Below are positions 1 through 11,716 of a DNA stretch of 64,000 bases, piece after piece (positions within the stretch are counted from its first letter, which is position 1; the number at the start of each line of letters is the position of its first letter). Location of the stretch: assembly GCF_000143415.4 (NCBI RefSeq), contig NW_003314278.1, positions 2,252,408 through 2,316,407 on the forward strand. The letters run 5' to 3'. The translations under genes and the position numbers were made by a program. The stretch comes from Selaginella moellendorffii. Lineage: Eukaryota; Plantae; Lycopodiophyta. The notes under the pieces are model-generated. The model was not told the origin of the DNA. It ran no database searches and worked only from the letters and a program-made list of their open reading frames with translations.

Positions 1-362
1 TCAGGCTGAAGGTCCTGAGGCCTCCATTCTGTATGTAGTTCCCTGTTATCTTGTAAAAATCTCGCTTCCTATAACTCACTCCCTTCTGACCAGCCGCAAT
101 CTCTCCAAAGCGTCTGGCGCCCACTGGTACGTCGTCTTCGTAGAGTCCAACGACGACGCGGCCTGCCGGTTCTCCATCGATGCTGATGTCCAGAAACACT
201 TTGCGTGTCACAGTTGGACACGGCTCTTCGTCAGCGAAAGCAAAATTGTCAAAAGTACCGTGCAATGCCCCTAGTGTATACACTGCCTGAGCAACAAAGC
301 TGCGTTTTCCAGTTGAGAAACTTAAGAAAGGCTTTTCATTCTCTTTTGCTCCAGCGGATTTC
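1..362 (-). CDS. CYP26-2: Chloroplast thylakoid-lumen cyclophilin, CYP26-2-like (partial; runs off the window, 5' exons unresolved)
   Basis: Manual minus-strand translation: GKRSFVAQAVYTLGALHGTFDNFAFA-DEEPCPTVTRKVFLDISIDGEPAGRVVVGLYEDDVPVGARRFGEIAAGQKGVSYRKRDFYKITGNYIQNGG. This is a cyclophilin N-terminus preceded by an AxA-type lumen signal. Confidence 0.8.
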
Positions 363-950
363 CTATATACAATGTCAGTATAATAAATATCAAGAAACTA
401 CACACCCGCGTTCTTTCGCTTTTCTCTAGCATGCAATGTAAATAGCATACCTTCTGCGACACTAATAACCCTTTCTAATGTGTTTATACCGACCACATAA
501 CTATGAACGGGTTGCTGAATCATGCTCTATCGAAAGCAGAATTCATCTGCCAAAACCGAAAAGGTACTTAGTACCTGTTGAAATGTATGCATATGCATGG
601 TAACTTCAGCACCTAGAGATGGAATAATTCTTACCTTCGAGAAAATGGAAGCGAGAGAATCGCTAGAACAACCTTGACAACCTTTTCAGGAATTCCACTG
701 AAATTAAACATGTCAATAAGGGAAGCAACAAGCAATTTAGCTCAATACCTTTTTTTCTCATCTAGCGCTTTCACTTCGGATTTCTTCGTGGCGTCCGATT
801 CAACCCTGCAGAAGAGGCTATTTAGTAGCTGTTGAAAAATGTGTTTACATTTTGACCACTGCCCATACGCGCAAAACAAACTTACCGGACTTTGCTTTTG
901 CTACAAATATACGAACAAGCAACCACAACATGGAGTTTAAGTTTCGCGCA

Positions 951-3369
951 TTACTTCTCGTCAAAATCATAAATGCAAGATCCATTGTCACTCCTTGCGG
1001 TTGGGTCATAGTTCGCTGCATTGGGATCCGCGCACCCTTCAGGCACTGGAATGTTAACCTGTTGTGCGGCCTTTCCTGAATCAATAATACACAGAGGTCC
1101 AGCAGAGGATAAGAACAAACAAGTAGTTACCGTAAATGTTGGATTTATCGGCGACGGAAATTTTGGGTTTAGAAGCTTCAGCAGAAAAGTCATATTCGCA
1201 AGTTCCATCATCGCTTCTTGCAGTCGGATCGAAATTAGCAGCATTGGGATCGGTACAGCCCTCAGGAACTGGAAGATTGATTTGCTGTGCAGCTTTTCCT
1301 GAAAAAAAAATGGTTAACAATCTCTCAGGTGTTTTAGAAAACGTACCATATAAATTATCTTTTTCAGCTTTTTGACCTTCGGAAAAATCATAAACACAAG
1401 TTCCATCATCGCTTCTTGCCGTTGGATCGAAGTTTATAGCATTGGAATCCGTACATCCCTCCGGCACTGGAAGATTAATCTGTTGTGCAGCCTTGCCTGG
1501 TAGAAATGTTCAAGCAAGCAAATAAAAGAAAAACGCACGAGCTTAAATGCTTACCATACAAATTGTCTTGTTTCAAAGAACTCGTTGCGGGAGTTTTCTC
1601 AGCAAAATCATATTCACAAGTTCCGTCATCACTTCTGGCCGTAGGATCGAAGTTTCTTGCGAAGGGATCAGCGCAGCCTTCTGGAACTGGAAGCTTGACC
1701 GCTTGGGCAGCTTTGCCTGCAGTTAAAATGTTCCTCTAAGAAAAGAGAAAGAACGGCGAGTTTTTCTTTTTTACCGTAGAAGGTATCCTTCTCCCTTTCA
1801 TCCTCATTTGCATCACCCAAGGAACTCCCCTTCATATACTTATCAGCCAGATGATATCGCTTCACATTCTCCTGCTCTTGAACAAGCATATTTCCATATT
1901 CGAGTAGCTTGTCAATCGTCATGGGAGGCTTTGGAAAAGTCGGGGGACCATCCTTAGAGTTGACCAGCTTCGGGCCTATATTTTCCACCCCAACCTGGGT
2001 AATCCACTTTCTAACCTCGTCATCGTAGACTCGGGCCCTCAGAGCACCAAAGAAGTCTGTTTCACTTCACGTTAGTCACAAAAGAATGCAATGCCTATAA
2101 CAGTACTCTTCTTACCTATAGATTGTCCTGGAAAGGTGTCCACAAGTTTAACGATGTCCTCATCAGGTACGTCGTCAGTTCTGAAAATGCCTTTACAAAC
2201 GCCAATCCTGTCCTCCCTCGTAGGCGCCCAGTAGAACTTCTCCATGCGACCGTCACGGATCAAAGGTGCATACAAAGTCGAGAAATCGTTTCCAGTCACA
2301 ATGATCGGAACTCGGGGTAACTCCTCCTTGGTGTAAATTCCAGGCAGTTGGACGTTGGTTGGATTGTCCGCGATGTTCATCAGTGTTGCATTTACCATCT
2401 GGTTGTTGACGGTGTACTGCGTAGTCCCTCCCATTCTTCCAGCACCGGCATCCAGGTCGTTGATAAACAAGACGCACATTTGGCCTTTCTTCTTGATAAT
2501 ATCAGCTGCTTCCCGATATCTCTGTCGGATTAGCTTTGCAGGTTCTCCAGCATTACCGCTCTCGAGCTCTCCAGCGCTCATTGCAATGGGACTGGGGTAT
2601 AGTCACAGAAAACCCAATCAGTTATAGAGTCATCTCGCTTTTACCACCTTACTTGATTCCTAGTTTGGAAAACACCAATTCGCACTGAAATGATTTTCCT
2701 TGTCCTTTGCCTCCCCAAACACCGAGGATAAGAGGAACCTGGAAATGGTTTTCCAATTAGCAAGCAAGCCAGCAGACCATTGGAAGCTACTCCCACCTTA
2801 ATATTCGGAAGAGCCATGAAATTCTTGGAAATGTGAATGACGAGCTTGTCCATGAACGCTGGAGCGATGTATAACCCATCGATGGTGTTATCCATAGAGT
2901 AGCTGAAAATTCCAGTCTAAGATGGAAAAATCCGAGCGAAAGAGAAGAACAAAGAAAGAAACTTACACGCGCTGAGCGGTGTTGAGGTACTCGAGACTCG
3001 ACATAACGGCAGTCTGCGTTCCTCCTCCTTGAGGGCCTTGATACAACGAATCCACCATCCCCTTTCCTCTCGTAATATCCTGCTGATCATCCGACGTATC
3101 GGTCCCCAGGCCTTGCCATCGATCGGTTTTGCTCTGGGAGGATTCATCCACTTGGCAGACTACACGACCTTTAGCCCGGAAATTCCCCGCGCGAGCACTA
3201 AAATCATGCTGATGCACGACGCTGCCATGAAATGCCGATGAGAGTGGCGATCTTGCGCCGATTGGATGCGCGGATGCCTGAATTCCATGGAAATTTCGTC
3301 AGTGCGTAGAGATTTCTAGAGAATGATAGCGCAAGTTACCTGCACTAGGAGCTGCATTGACGCTGCCAT
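951..3369 (-). CDS. RCA: Rubisco activase (AAA+), alpha-type, with four tandem C-terminal extension exons
   Basis: Motifs [93 protein letters not shown] at 3369. CTE exons at 1555-1716, 1347-1496, 1131-1298 and 951-1075, all with GT-AG introns. Confidence 0.97.
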
Positions 3370-3448
3370 TGCTTGATCGAGGAGCCCAGCTCGGCTTACA
3401 AACAGAGTGTTGCCCTACGGATTATTCGTTCTCAACGGCTACAGTCGT

Positions 3449-3500
3449 GCCACGTATGAGGGGCTTATCCCAAGGGAAAGCACTAGAATGCGCCACGTGG
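3449..3500. promoter_or_regulatory. Light-responsive G-box/I-box module in the RCA/LPA3 divergent promoter
   Basis: GCCACGTA 3449-3456, CTTATC (reverse GATAAG I-box) 3464-3469 and GCCACGTGG 3492-3500, within the ~190 bp between the divergent ATGs. Confidence 0.6.
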
Positions 3501-3560
3501 ACGGATTTTTATCCCATGTTTTCCCTCCAAAATTTCAAGGCTTAGGGTTCTAATGTTTTA

Positions 3561-5359
3561 ATGGCGATGGCTTTGGCCTGCCGCTTTCCTTCTTGGCTCG
3601 TAGCTCCGCGCTGTTGCTCGCCATGGAATCGATCTGGATTCTCCTCTTTTTCGCTTTCGCTGCATCCTTCCATTGGCAGCGATTGCATTTCCAGAATTTT
3701 GCGCTTGAACAGGAACTGTGAGCGGTGGAGGAATCGCGCAGCTGTGGACGCAGCGAGCGGATACGATCCACGGGACGGGGTCGCGGTGTACAAGCCGGCG
3801 TCCTATGACGTTCTTGTGAATGGTGAGTTGTTTCGATGAAGAAGAAATTGTTTTACCAAGCTCTGAATTTACAGATGCCGTGGATGCGACATTTTTCGCT
3901 CTCGATGAGGGAAACAATAGACTGGAGATTGAATTCCCGTAAGTGTTTTGTTCTTCCAATTATACGATTGAGAGATAGATTTTTCCATCCAGGCCGCTGC
4001 CAAACGAAATTTCCAGCTACAAGGTATGTTGGATCATTTGAAGGGGTTTCCAAAGAAGAAAAAAAGAGGCAGACAAAGAGAAGAATAAAAAGATTTCTGG
4101 CTAACAACAATGTTTCGCAGGGATCATCAGATGACTTTATCGACGCAAATATACAGCTAGCTTTGGCTTTTGCGAACAAGCTAAACGCAGCGAGAGGCAT
4201 CGTTACCAAGATAGTAAGGTCGCGTTCTGTGCTCGTGCGTTTTCTAAAGTGGAGTCTATTTATCTAGGTGTTTCCAGATAACGTGGAGAAGAGAAGAGCT
4301 TCCAGGGTTTTTCGATCAGCTTTTGATCTCGTAAGCAACTTTTATATGTTGCCAGACTAGAGCATATTTTTGTGTGCTACTCAGAGTAAAGGGATAAGCC
4401 TCGGCTGCCTGGATGATGTTCCAGGAGGCAATGGCTTTCTAAAAGCATTAAGAGGCGCGTTCGAGCTGGACTTTCAAGAAGATGTGTCGGGAAAATGGCA
4501 AACTTCTTCTCCTCCGTCTATGTATGTCGTGGTGAATTGTAGCGGCAATGAGCTCCCGGATCTTCAGAAGTATATGGTGAGGGCTGTGCTTCTGGTTTTA
4601 TGCGCAACTTCCTTCACGGTTTTCTATGCAATGCAGGATGCCGTCGTGGGAAGTGCTTCTATAGTTTTGTTCAACTTACAGCTAGATAAGTTAAGGTACG
4701 AGAAATGTTTAAAACGTTGAGAACTTCCGTGCTAAGGACCGCGACAGGTCAGATCTTGGCCTGTTTGGATTTCCAGGCAAGGACTTGCAGTACGAGTTTC
4801 TGTCGCAGTTCCTCCCCGCCTTCTACATTCGCACCAGAGATTACTCCAAGGTAAAGTAATGTTCTCTCGAAAATCTAATGATGGTAAGAAGATAACGCTC
4901 ACAGAACGTGCCTTTTGCACCTTTCATCGTTAATTACAGTGGAGCACTACTGAGACGTTATCCTGGTATGCCATCGCTCTTAATCTTGTGTTTGCCACAT
5001 TAAGGCTTGGTTTTGTTTGACTCAGGACCATGGCAAGTCATGATTAAACAAGCGAATGGTGTATATGCTTGCGTAGCTGAGAACAGACAGCGGTTTACGC
5101 TAGGACAAGTATTGCCTCTAACGTACATAGCATTCGTCTGATCTGGATAAATCGTGCAGGCCAAAGAAGAACTTTTGCGATCTCTTGGACTCCAAGAAAA
5201 AGAAGGCAGCAACCTAGAGTTCTTGCGTAGAGGTTACAAGGTAAGCCTAGTAGTTGCTTAAACGAAACACTAGAAAAGCTTTCCTTTCGTGTCAATTAGA
5301 CGTCGACATGGTGGGAGGATGATGCAGCTCTCGAGAAATCATCGGCATGGAGAAGCTAG
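3561..5359 (+). CDS. LPA3: LOW PSII ACCUMULATION 3-like (DUF1995), multi-exon chloroplast protein
   Basis: Exons translate [93 protein letters not shown]...SAWRS*. Confidence 0.88.
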
Positions 5360-5770
5360 TTTCCTTCTTGTGGACGGAAGCATGTAAATTAAGGTAACAT
5401 GTTGACTCATTTTGATCTCATCTCTTGCCTCTTTTATCCTGAGGTGCTACATAGCTTCGTCAGACTTGGTGCGTTGGAATTAGGACGTTCCAGCTTTTAA
5501 GAAGTTGAGGTATGTACTTTCTTTCTTCCAATAGTCAATCACCAGAGAAAGACTATGACAGGTCAGCCTTGGGATTATTTGTAACTGTAGCGGCCTACCA
5601 AGGAATTCCAATGTTTCTTTCGCCGCTAGATTAGATTCTAGGCGACTGGACCACCATTTACGCTTCAAAAACGTAGCTTTTCTTCCTCTCGCACGCTGGC
5701 TAATCTCTAGTGTTTGTTTTGCAAAAGGATGGACAGAGCTCTCGCTGCGATTCTATTTGCCGCCGTTGAG

Positions 5771-6090
5771 TGGCAAGTCATGATCAAAGGAAACGAATGG
5801 TGAGGACAGACAGCGTTTTACACTAGAACAGGTATCTCGCTATAAAAATTACCCACATCCTGTCTAATCCGTGCTAAACGAGCAGACAAAAGAGGCACTG
5901 CGCGCGTGGACTGCTGCGAGACAAGGAAGGAAGCATTTTGAAAATCTCCGCAGATGGTAATGGCTTACAAGGTAGGCCACGATCGCTAGTAACTTGTCTT
6001 GTCATCGGTCCCGGGAAATATAGAAAACGCGAAAGAGACTAATTTTCTGTGCTTGGTTTTGTAGGCACGAACGTGGTGGGATCTGGATGG
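5771..6090 (+). pseudogene. Decayed tandem copy of the LPA3 3' exons
   Basis: tggcaagtcatgatcaaagg...acagacagcgttttacactagaaca matches 5031-5108. The ...ttacaag|gta donor and the acgtggtggga (TWW) segment match 5213-5320, with indels. Confidence 0.7.
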
Positions 6091-7504
6091 AATGGATGGG
6101 AGCTGTGTGCTGTTGCCTGCCCAAGATCTTTGATTGATTGATCGTTCGTACCCTGTTGCGCTCTCCGGCAATCAAGTCTGGATCAATGAAGCTCGATCGA
6201 GAGGCCCAGAAAAAGCTTGCTCCAATGGATGGATGTACTTACCATGGGTAAGTGTAAACAAGCTCTTCTTTTCTATGCTTTTCTCGTCGGGAGACTAAAA
6301 CTCTTTGCTTTTGGCGCTATAAATGCAGGTACTTGCTCTTGCGGGACGTCACAAACTCGGGGAGCCTTGGATCTCGATGACAATGCCAGTGCGCGAGTGA
6401 CTCGATCGATCGGTGTCTCTCTCGTGCTAATGTACCTTGGATCTAAATCCTCGCGAGAGGCAGGCACCACAAACATACATTTTCTTGCAATTTTCAAAGC
6501 GGGCTTGGCATGTGGTGGCGAGGATTGCTCCCATATTCTATTCGTCAATGCTGGGCGGATTGTTTACTTGTTTTAAGCGATCAAGGGCAGAGTATGACAG
6601 GGACGCACTAGAAAAAAATTTGGCGGTGCTGGTACCACCTTTGTTGCTAATCCTGTGTTACCTGGATGTTGACTTCTTGGTTTCCTTTGAATGAATTTCA
6701 TAACCCACAAGCAACAGAGGTCACTGCTAGTAATTGTGGTGGTGGTAAGCGGTAGCGTTTCGTTTGGGGGCGGCATATTCCAAATCCAAAACCCAAGTGT
6801 GCACTCATTCAAGTTTCTTAACTGGTTAAAGTCAACTAATGCCAACAAAAGGATGTAACGTAAGGGCGAGAAACTAAAGTAATCAAACCATGGAAAAATC
6901 TTCCATGGTAAAAATCGATCGCATTTTGGTATAAAGGGATTTCTAAAAGCGCATCCAGTCGCTGTCGATCATCGTTCCCACAGCCACCATTTGGACAAAG
7001 CCAACAACAATCATCATGCTTCCAAACAAGTAGCTACATTGGTTAGTCCTTTGCGAGATCCTGTCCGTCGGCGCCGCCGTGGCGCGCCCGGCGCCGTCCA
7101 CCTGGCGCCATCCCCGCCGTTGGGAGCGCACGGGCCCCGATAGCACCACGACCGCATGTGAACTGCCACCACTACCGCGCGCGGTGTGGCTCTTACACGG
7201 TCCGCCATAGCCACAGAGCTTGGCTTGGCTTGGCTGTCCCTGGGAGCGCTCTGCGAGAGGGAATTGGGGGAGTTAGGGTTAGGGTTAGTGAGTAAGCGAT
7301 CGATCAGCGCAGCGTCGTCCCGGCGTACTGATGATTTGGTGGATACATTCGCGAGCCGAGCCTAGATTTGTAGAATCTGGTCCTTTTTGCGCCACCGATT
7401 CCTCCATGGGCAATCAGTCCTTTACTACATTTGTGGCAGCGATTTGTGGAGATGTCGCATTCTCCTGTTCCGGCCCCTTGGCGAGAGTTTTGATATGTGA
7501 GGCG

Positions 7505-7590
7505 CGCGAGCGAGAGTGAAAGCGAGAGCGAGAGAGAGAGAGGTCGAAAGAGAGAGCGAAAGAGAGAGCGAGAGGGAAAGAGAAAGAGAT
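7505..7590. repeat. GA-rich imperfect microsatellite upstream of the F-box gene
   Basis: (GA)n/GAAAGA runs, typical of plant 5' regions. Confidence 0.7.
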
Positions 7591-7685
7591 TTTTGCTCTT
7601 GGCTCTCCCTTCCGCTAGATCCTTGATGAGGAGCTCCTAGGCATCGATCGCGCAGTCCTCGCGAATTCCGCCCCCTCCCCTGGCC

Positions 7686-9179
7686 ATGGGCGAGGAGAAA
7701 TCCAAATCGGGGCCGCCTGGCGCGGCGCTGTGCGGGAGATGCCACGTCTCGGAGGAGCTGGAGCTGCAGGCCAGGAGCATGATCCTTGGTGGCTCTGGTG
7801 GCGGCGGCGACGCCGTGCCTCCTCCTCTGTGCAATAGCCACAACAAGCATTGCTGCTGCAAGCTAGGCCGGCACACCCCAACGCACACGCTCACGTATGA
7901 CGCGGAGCTCATCGCCCTCGACCCCTTCAGCAGATCCAAGAAGATCCGGCGCGGCGCCAATGGCCGATTCGTTCCCAGCGACGCGAAGATCCAGCACCCC
8001 GGCGGCGGCGGCGGCGGCGGCGGCGGCACCAATTCGGAGCTTACGTCAACGGTAGTTGCCATGGAAGTTGACAGCGGCGGCAATTGGCTCGAGAGCGACG
8101 GCGGCGCTGGTGGCGGAGGAGAATTGGCGGACAGCTCGCTCATCCCGGGGCTCGGGGACGACGTGGCGCGCCTCTGCCTCGCCCGGCTGCCCAGATCCTG
8201 CTACGGCCAGTTCTACACGGTAAGCAAGAGATTTTGCTCGCTACTTAGGAGCGGGGAGCTGTATAGCACGCGCCGCGGCCTGGGCATCTCGGAGCAATGG
8301 GTCTATCTTCTCAACAGCGGCCAATCCGTGTGGCGGGCCTTCTGCCTGGTCGATGGCGGGCGATGGCGGCCGCTCCCGCCCACGCCCTCGGATCCATGCT
8401 TCAATATGTGCGACAAGGAGTCGCTCACCGCAGGGACGCAGCTGCTCGTGGTCGGGCGCGAGATCAATGGCCACTGCATCTGGGGCTACGATCTCCTCAC
8501 CGATCGCTGGTTCCGAGCTCCACAGATGAACACCCGGCGCTGCCTCTACGCCTCGGCCAGCTGCGGCACCCACGCGTTTGTCGCGGGGGGGATCGACTCC
8601 ACCACCCAGCTCGAGCTCCGCGCCGCCGAGCGCTACGACTCGTCGTCCGGGCGGTGGGAGGCGCTGCCGGACATGATCAAGCCGCGGAAGATGTGCTCGG
8701 GGTTCTACATGGATGGCAAGTTCTACGTGATCGGTGGCGCCAACGCCGCCAGCGCGGAGCTCACTTGCGGCGAGGAGTTTGATCCCGACGCCGGGACGTG
8801 GAGGGAGATCCCCGGGATGTGTCCTGCCAGGAGCGATACGACGAGCAACTCGCCGCCGCTGGTGGCGGTGGTGGACAACCAGCTCTTCAGCTTGGATGCG
8901 TCGTCCAGGAAGCTCAAGCGGTACTGCAAGCGATCGAACTCGTGGAGGGTGATCGGCGATGTTCCTGTCAAGGCGGACTCGAGCAGTGGGTGGGGGATGG
9001 CGTTCAAGGCCGTGGATGGGCAGCTGCTCTTGATAGGCGGCGATCGGAGGGACGGAGACGCGATCTATGCGTGGAAGCCGTGCGAGGAGGAGGGCGGCGC
9101 CGCTGTAAATTGGAGGTTCATTGCCGGATTGGTACCACCGGGGACGTTCGTCTTCAACTGCGCGGTCATGTCCGCGTGA
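7686..9179 (+). CDS. F-box/kelch-repeat protein (SKIP11-like), single exon
   Basis: F-box LIPGLGDDVARLCLARLPR, DKESL.AGTQLLVVG, kelch repeats, RKMCSGFYMDGKFYVIGG, C-terminal FVFNCAVM. Confidence 0.93.
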   Translation: MGEEKSKSGPPGAALCGRCHVSEELELQARSMILGGSGGGGDAVPPPLCNSHNKHCCCKLGRHTPTHTLTYDAELIALDPFSRSKKIRRGANGRFVPSDAKIQHPGGGGGGGGGTNSELTSTVVAMEVDSGGNWLESDGGAGGGGELADSSLIPGLGDDVARLCLARLPRSCYGQFYTVSKRFCSLLRSGELYSTRRGLGISEQWVYLLNSGQSVWRAFCLVDGGRWRPLPPTPSDPCFNMCDKESLTAGTQLLVVGREINGHCIWGYDLLTDRWFRAPQMNTRRCLYASASCGTHAFVAGGIDSTTQLELRAAERYDSSSGRWEALPDMIKPRKMCSGFYMDGKFYVIGGANAASAELTCGEEFDPDAGTWREIPGMCPARSDTTSNSPPLVAVVDNQLFSLDASSRKLKRYCKRSNSWRVIGDVPVKADSSSGWGMAFKAVDGQLLLIGGDRRDGDAIYAWKPCEEEGGAAVNWRFIAGLVPPGTFVFNCAVMSA

Positions 9180-9691
9180 GCTAGGCTCCGACCATTAGAA
9201 AAAGGAGTTCTTCGGTCGATCGATTGCGAGGTTCCATCTTTTTTGGTGGCGGAGTGGCGGTGGTGGAGCAGAGTTAAGTTCTTCCGCTTTTCTTTTTTCT
9301 CTTTTTCTCTTTTTTATTCTTCGCTCAAAGTTTTCCAGGGGATAGCTTATAGGATCAATGACAGCACCATTGGCTGCGCTGCTCATCTATATAAAACCTC
9401 CATCAAAGTGGAATCCACTTTTTTTTAGTTTTCCCTTCTTTCCTGCTTGAGCTCGATCGATCGCGCGACTGTGAGACTAAATTCGCGAATCGAGCCAACC
9501 ACTACTGCGAGGATCCCCGTCCGTATGCTGGCCACCAACCGTACGGCTGGCTGACAAAAACACCAAAACCAAAAGAAAAAACTTAGCGCGGTAAAATCCA
9601 CTTTTAAAGACCCAAAGACCTTTTAACATCGCCTCCTCTCCGGGCAAAATGGGTAAGTTTTTAGGAGGGTCTCGCTCACACGCCGGAGACG

Positions 9692-10408
9692 ATGAAGGAC
9701 GAGCTCGAGGAATCGAGGAGTAGTAGCAGCGGCCATGGCGGATCCGGGAGCCCTAATCCTGCTCGAAGATCCATGGAATCTAGTAACAGTGCCCACGGAG
9801 CGAGATCTCCCTTGCATCCCAGAGCAGGAGCAGCGGGCAGTGGAGCTAGAAAGCCTCCGGGCGAGGCCACTCCCACCAGGAAATCCCACAGTCGATTCGT
9901 GGATCCAGTTGAGTGTCTCTGTAGAGCTAGGCCTAGCTAGGTAGAGTGTGATCTTCGATTTTTGTTTCTCTTGGTGCGTGCGTGCATTGGTGGACTGGTC
10001 AATTCTTAAAGACCGAGCATGACTTTGTTTGACTTTTTCTCTCTTTGTCTTCTTGGGCTGCGATCTAATTCGCAAACTTGTTCTTTGTTTTTGGCCACTT
10101 CCAGCCGGAGCGCGTGGCGGCGCCGCTGCCCAAGTTCGGGCAATGGGACGTGAACAATCCCTCCTCGGCCGACGAGTTCTCGGCGATCTTCGAGGACGCT
10201 GTGGTGGAGAAGAGGGGCGATTCCAGAGGGGGAGGGATTGCGTATGGCTACTCCGACCGCGATCGCTCGTCGTCTTCGTTTGACAGGAAGAAGCCCAAAT
10301 CGATCACGGTAACGATGCTGCTAAAAATCTCTCCTTTGCCCTCTAAATCGATTGGATTGATCCCCGCAGGAACGATTGTGCTGCTGCTTCACGCCGAGAA
10401 TTGGCTAG
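9692..10408 (+). CDS. RIN4/NOI-domain protein with a C-terminal Cys cluster
   Basis: PLPKFGQWDVNNPSSADEFSAIF is the NOI/AvrRpt2-cleavage motif. The last exon, after ccccgcag|, gives ERLCCCFTPRIG* (acylation motif). The exon 1 donor is inferred. Confidence 0.8.
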
Positions 10409-10593
10409 GTTGGGGAAAGTTTGTGGAGTTTTCTCGGTTTTTAGGATACTAAAAAAAATGTAGCAACGGTCAAGTGGCACGTCATTTGCCACGTGTGATT
10501 CCCCCCATTCCCATTTTGAATGCTCCTCCCTCCCTGTGTAATTGCTCCATCCAGCCGCTAGAACCCTAATCGCGGGGGAGCTCGACCGCATCC

Positions 10594-11139
10594 ATGCCGA
10601 ACAAGGCGTCCTCCTCGTCCTCCAGCGGCCGCCACAACAAGGTATTCGTGCTGCAGAGGAGTCTAGGGAGCTCGCCGGTGCTGGAGGGAAGCTATGGCGA
10701 GCAAATCGGGATCCCTGGGCACCAGAGCGGCCTCGTCGGGGTCTATGTCTCGGAAGAACAGGCCTACGCCGCCGTGATCCAGCGCCAGGTCGCCGGGATG
10801 GAGCAGATCGCCGGGAGCATGCTCACGGATCTCCGCAAAGTGGTGTCGGTCAAGGGGCTGTCGTTCAAGGAGCGCTACAAGAAGATGCTCGAGTGGGTTC
10901 GCGACTGCGATTGGTACAGGGTCGCCGACGCCGTGAGCTTCCAGATCAAGGAGTGCCCGCTGGTGCCGTTTGAGAAGGTGAACGAGTCCAAGCTCTTCGA
11001 TGGCGTCCAGGATCTCCAGTCGGCGGTGTCTGACAATGGGTCTTTCGTGGACGACGAGGAGGACGATGAGCTCTACGACGAGGCTGGTGTTGGCGGCAAG
11101 GGAGGAGGAGCCAAGAAGAGGAGATATGCGCACTACTAG
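10594..11139 (+). CDS. Hypothetical 181-aa protein with acidic tail and KKRR NLS-like end
   Basis: Intronless GC3-rich ORF. Telo-box-like AACCCTAAT at 10562 and a G-box upstream. No family recognised. Confidence 0.7.
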   Translation: MPNKASSSSSSGRHNKVFVLQRSLGSSPVLEGSYGEQIGIPGHQSGLVGVYVSEEQAYAAVIQRQVAGMEQIAGSMLTDLRKVVSVKGLSFKERYKKMLEWVRDCDWYRVADAVSFQIKECPLVPFEKVNESKLFDGVQDLQSAVSDNGSFVDDEEDDELYDEAGVGGKGGGAKKRRYAHY

Positions 11140-11716
11140 CTCAAGGTGCCGTATTGCATTTCTTCTTGGATTGTTTTTCTAGCTTTTTAGCTTCCTTTCC
11201 TCTGTTTTCTCTCATGCTTTGCTGCTTGCAAAGGTCATGACACATTCATAGCTAGCTAGAATTGTTTGCCTCGCTCAGTTGGAGCCAGCGTCCACAGTTG
11301 AGTGAGGCATTCCAGTGTTCTTTCTAAGATGCAATGCAAGTTGTGCTCTTAATTTATTTGCATCGGTGTGGAACGTCACTGACTGTTTTGGCATCTTTTA
11401 ACTAATTTCTAGTTCTCCAAGTTGGTCCTCTGGATGGGAATGAGTCATAGTTTTCTGCAAGTTAAAGGCAGGCGTGATTCCTGGAGAACTATGGCATAGG
11501 CAATCGGTACGTACCATTTTTTTATCTATCGATCTATCTGTATGCTGTTTTGAGTTTTGAGGTGCCCATCAAGAAGCATGGACTACTGACATCAACTTGT
11601 TTGCAGGATTTCTGTCCTTTACGATAACGCGGCCACAGTGAACTGCAAAATCGCTGTCGAGCGTCACGTGGGTGAATTCCGTAGTCAATACTAGGCTTTC
11701 TGTTTCTCATTTTGCC

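Noticed and set aside
6217-6694. Possible membrane-protein gene (faint ERD2-like look)
   Set aside because: I could not build a consistent exon model, and the similarity is too weak.
6943-7290. GC-rich minus-strand ORFs and a short TTAGGG run
   Set aside because: No recognisable product. The TTAGGG run is only 2-3 units and is probably a telo-box-like element.
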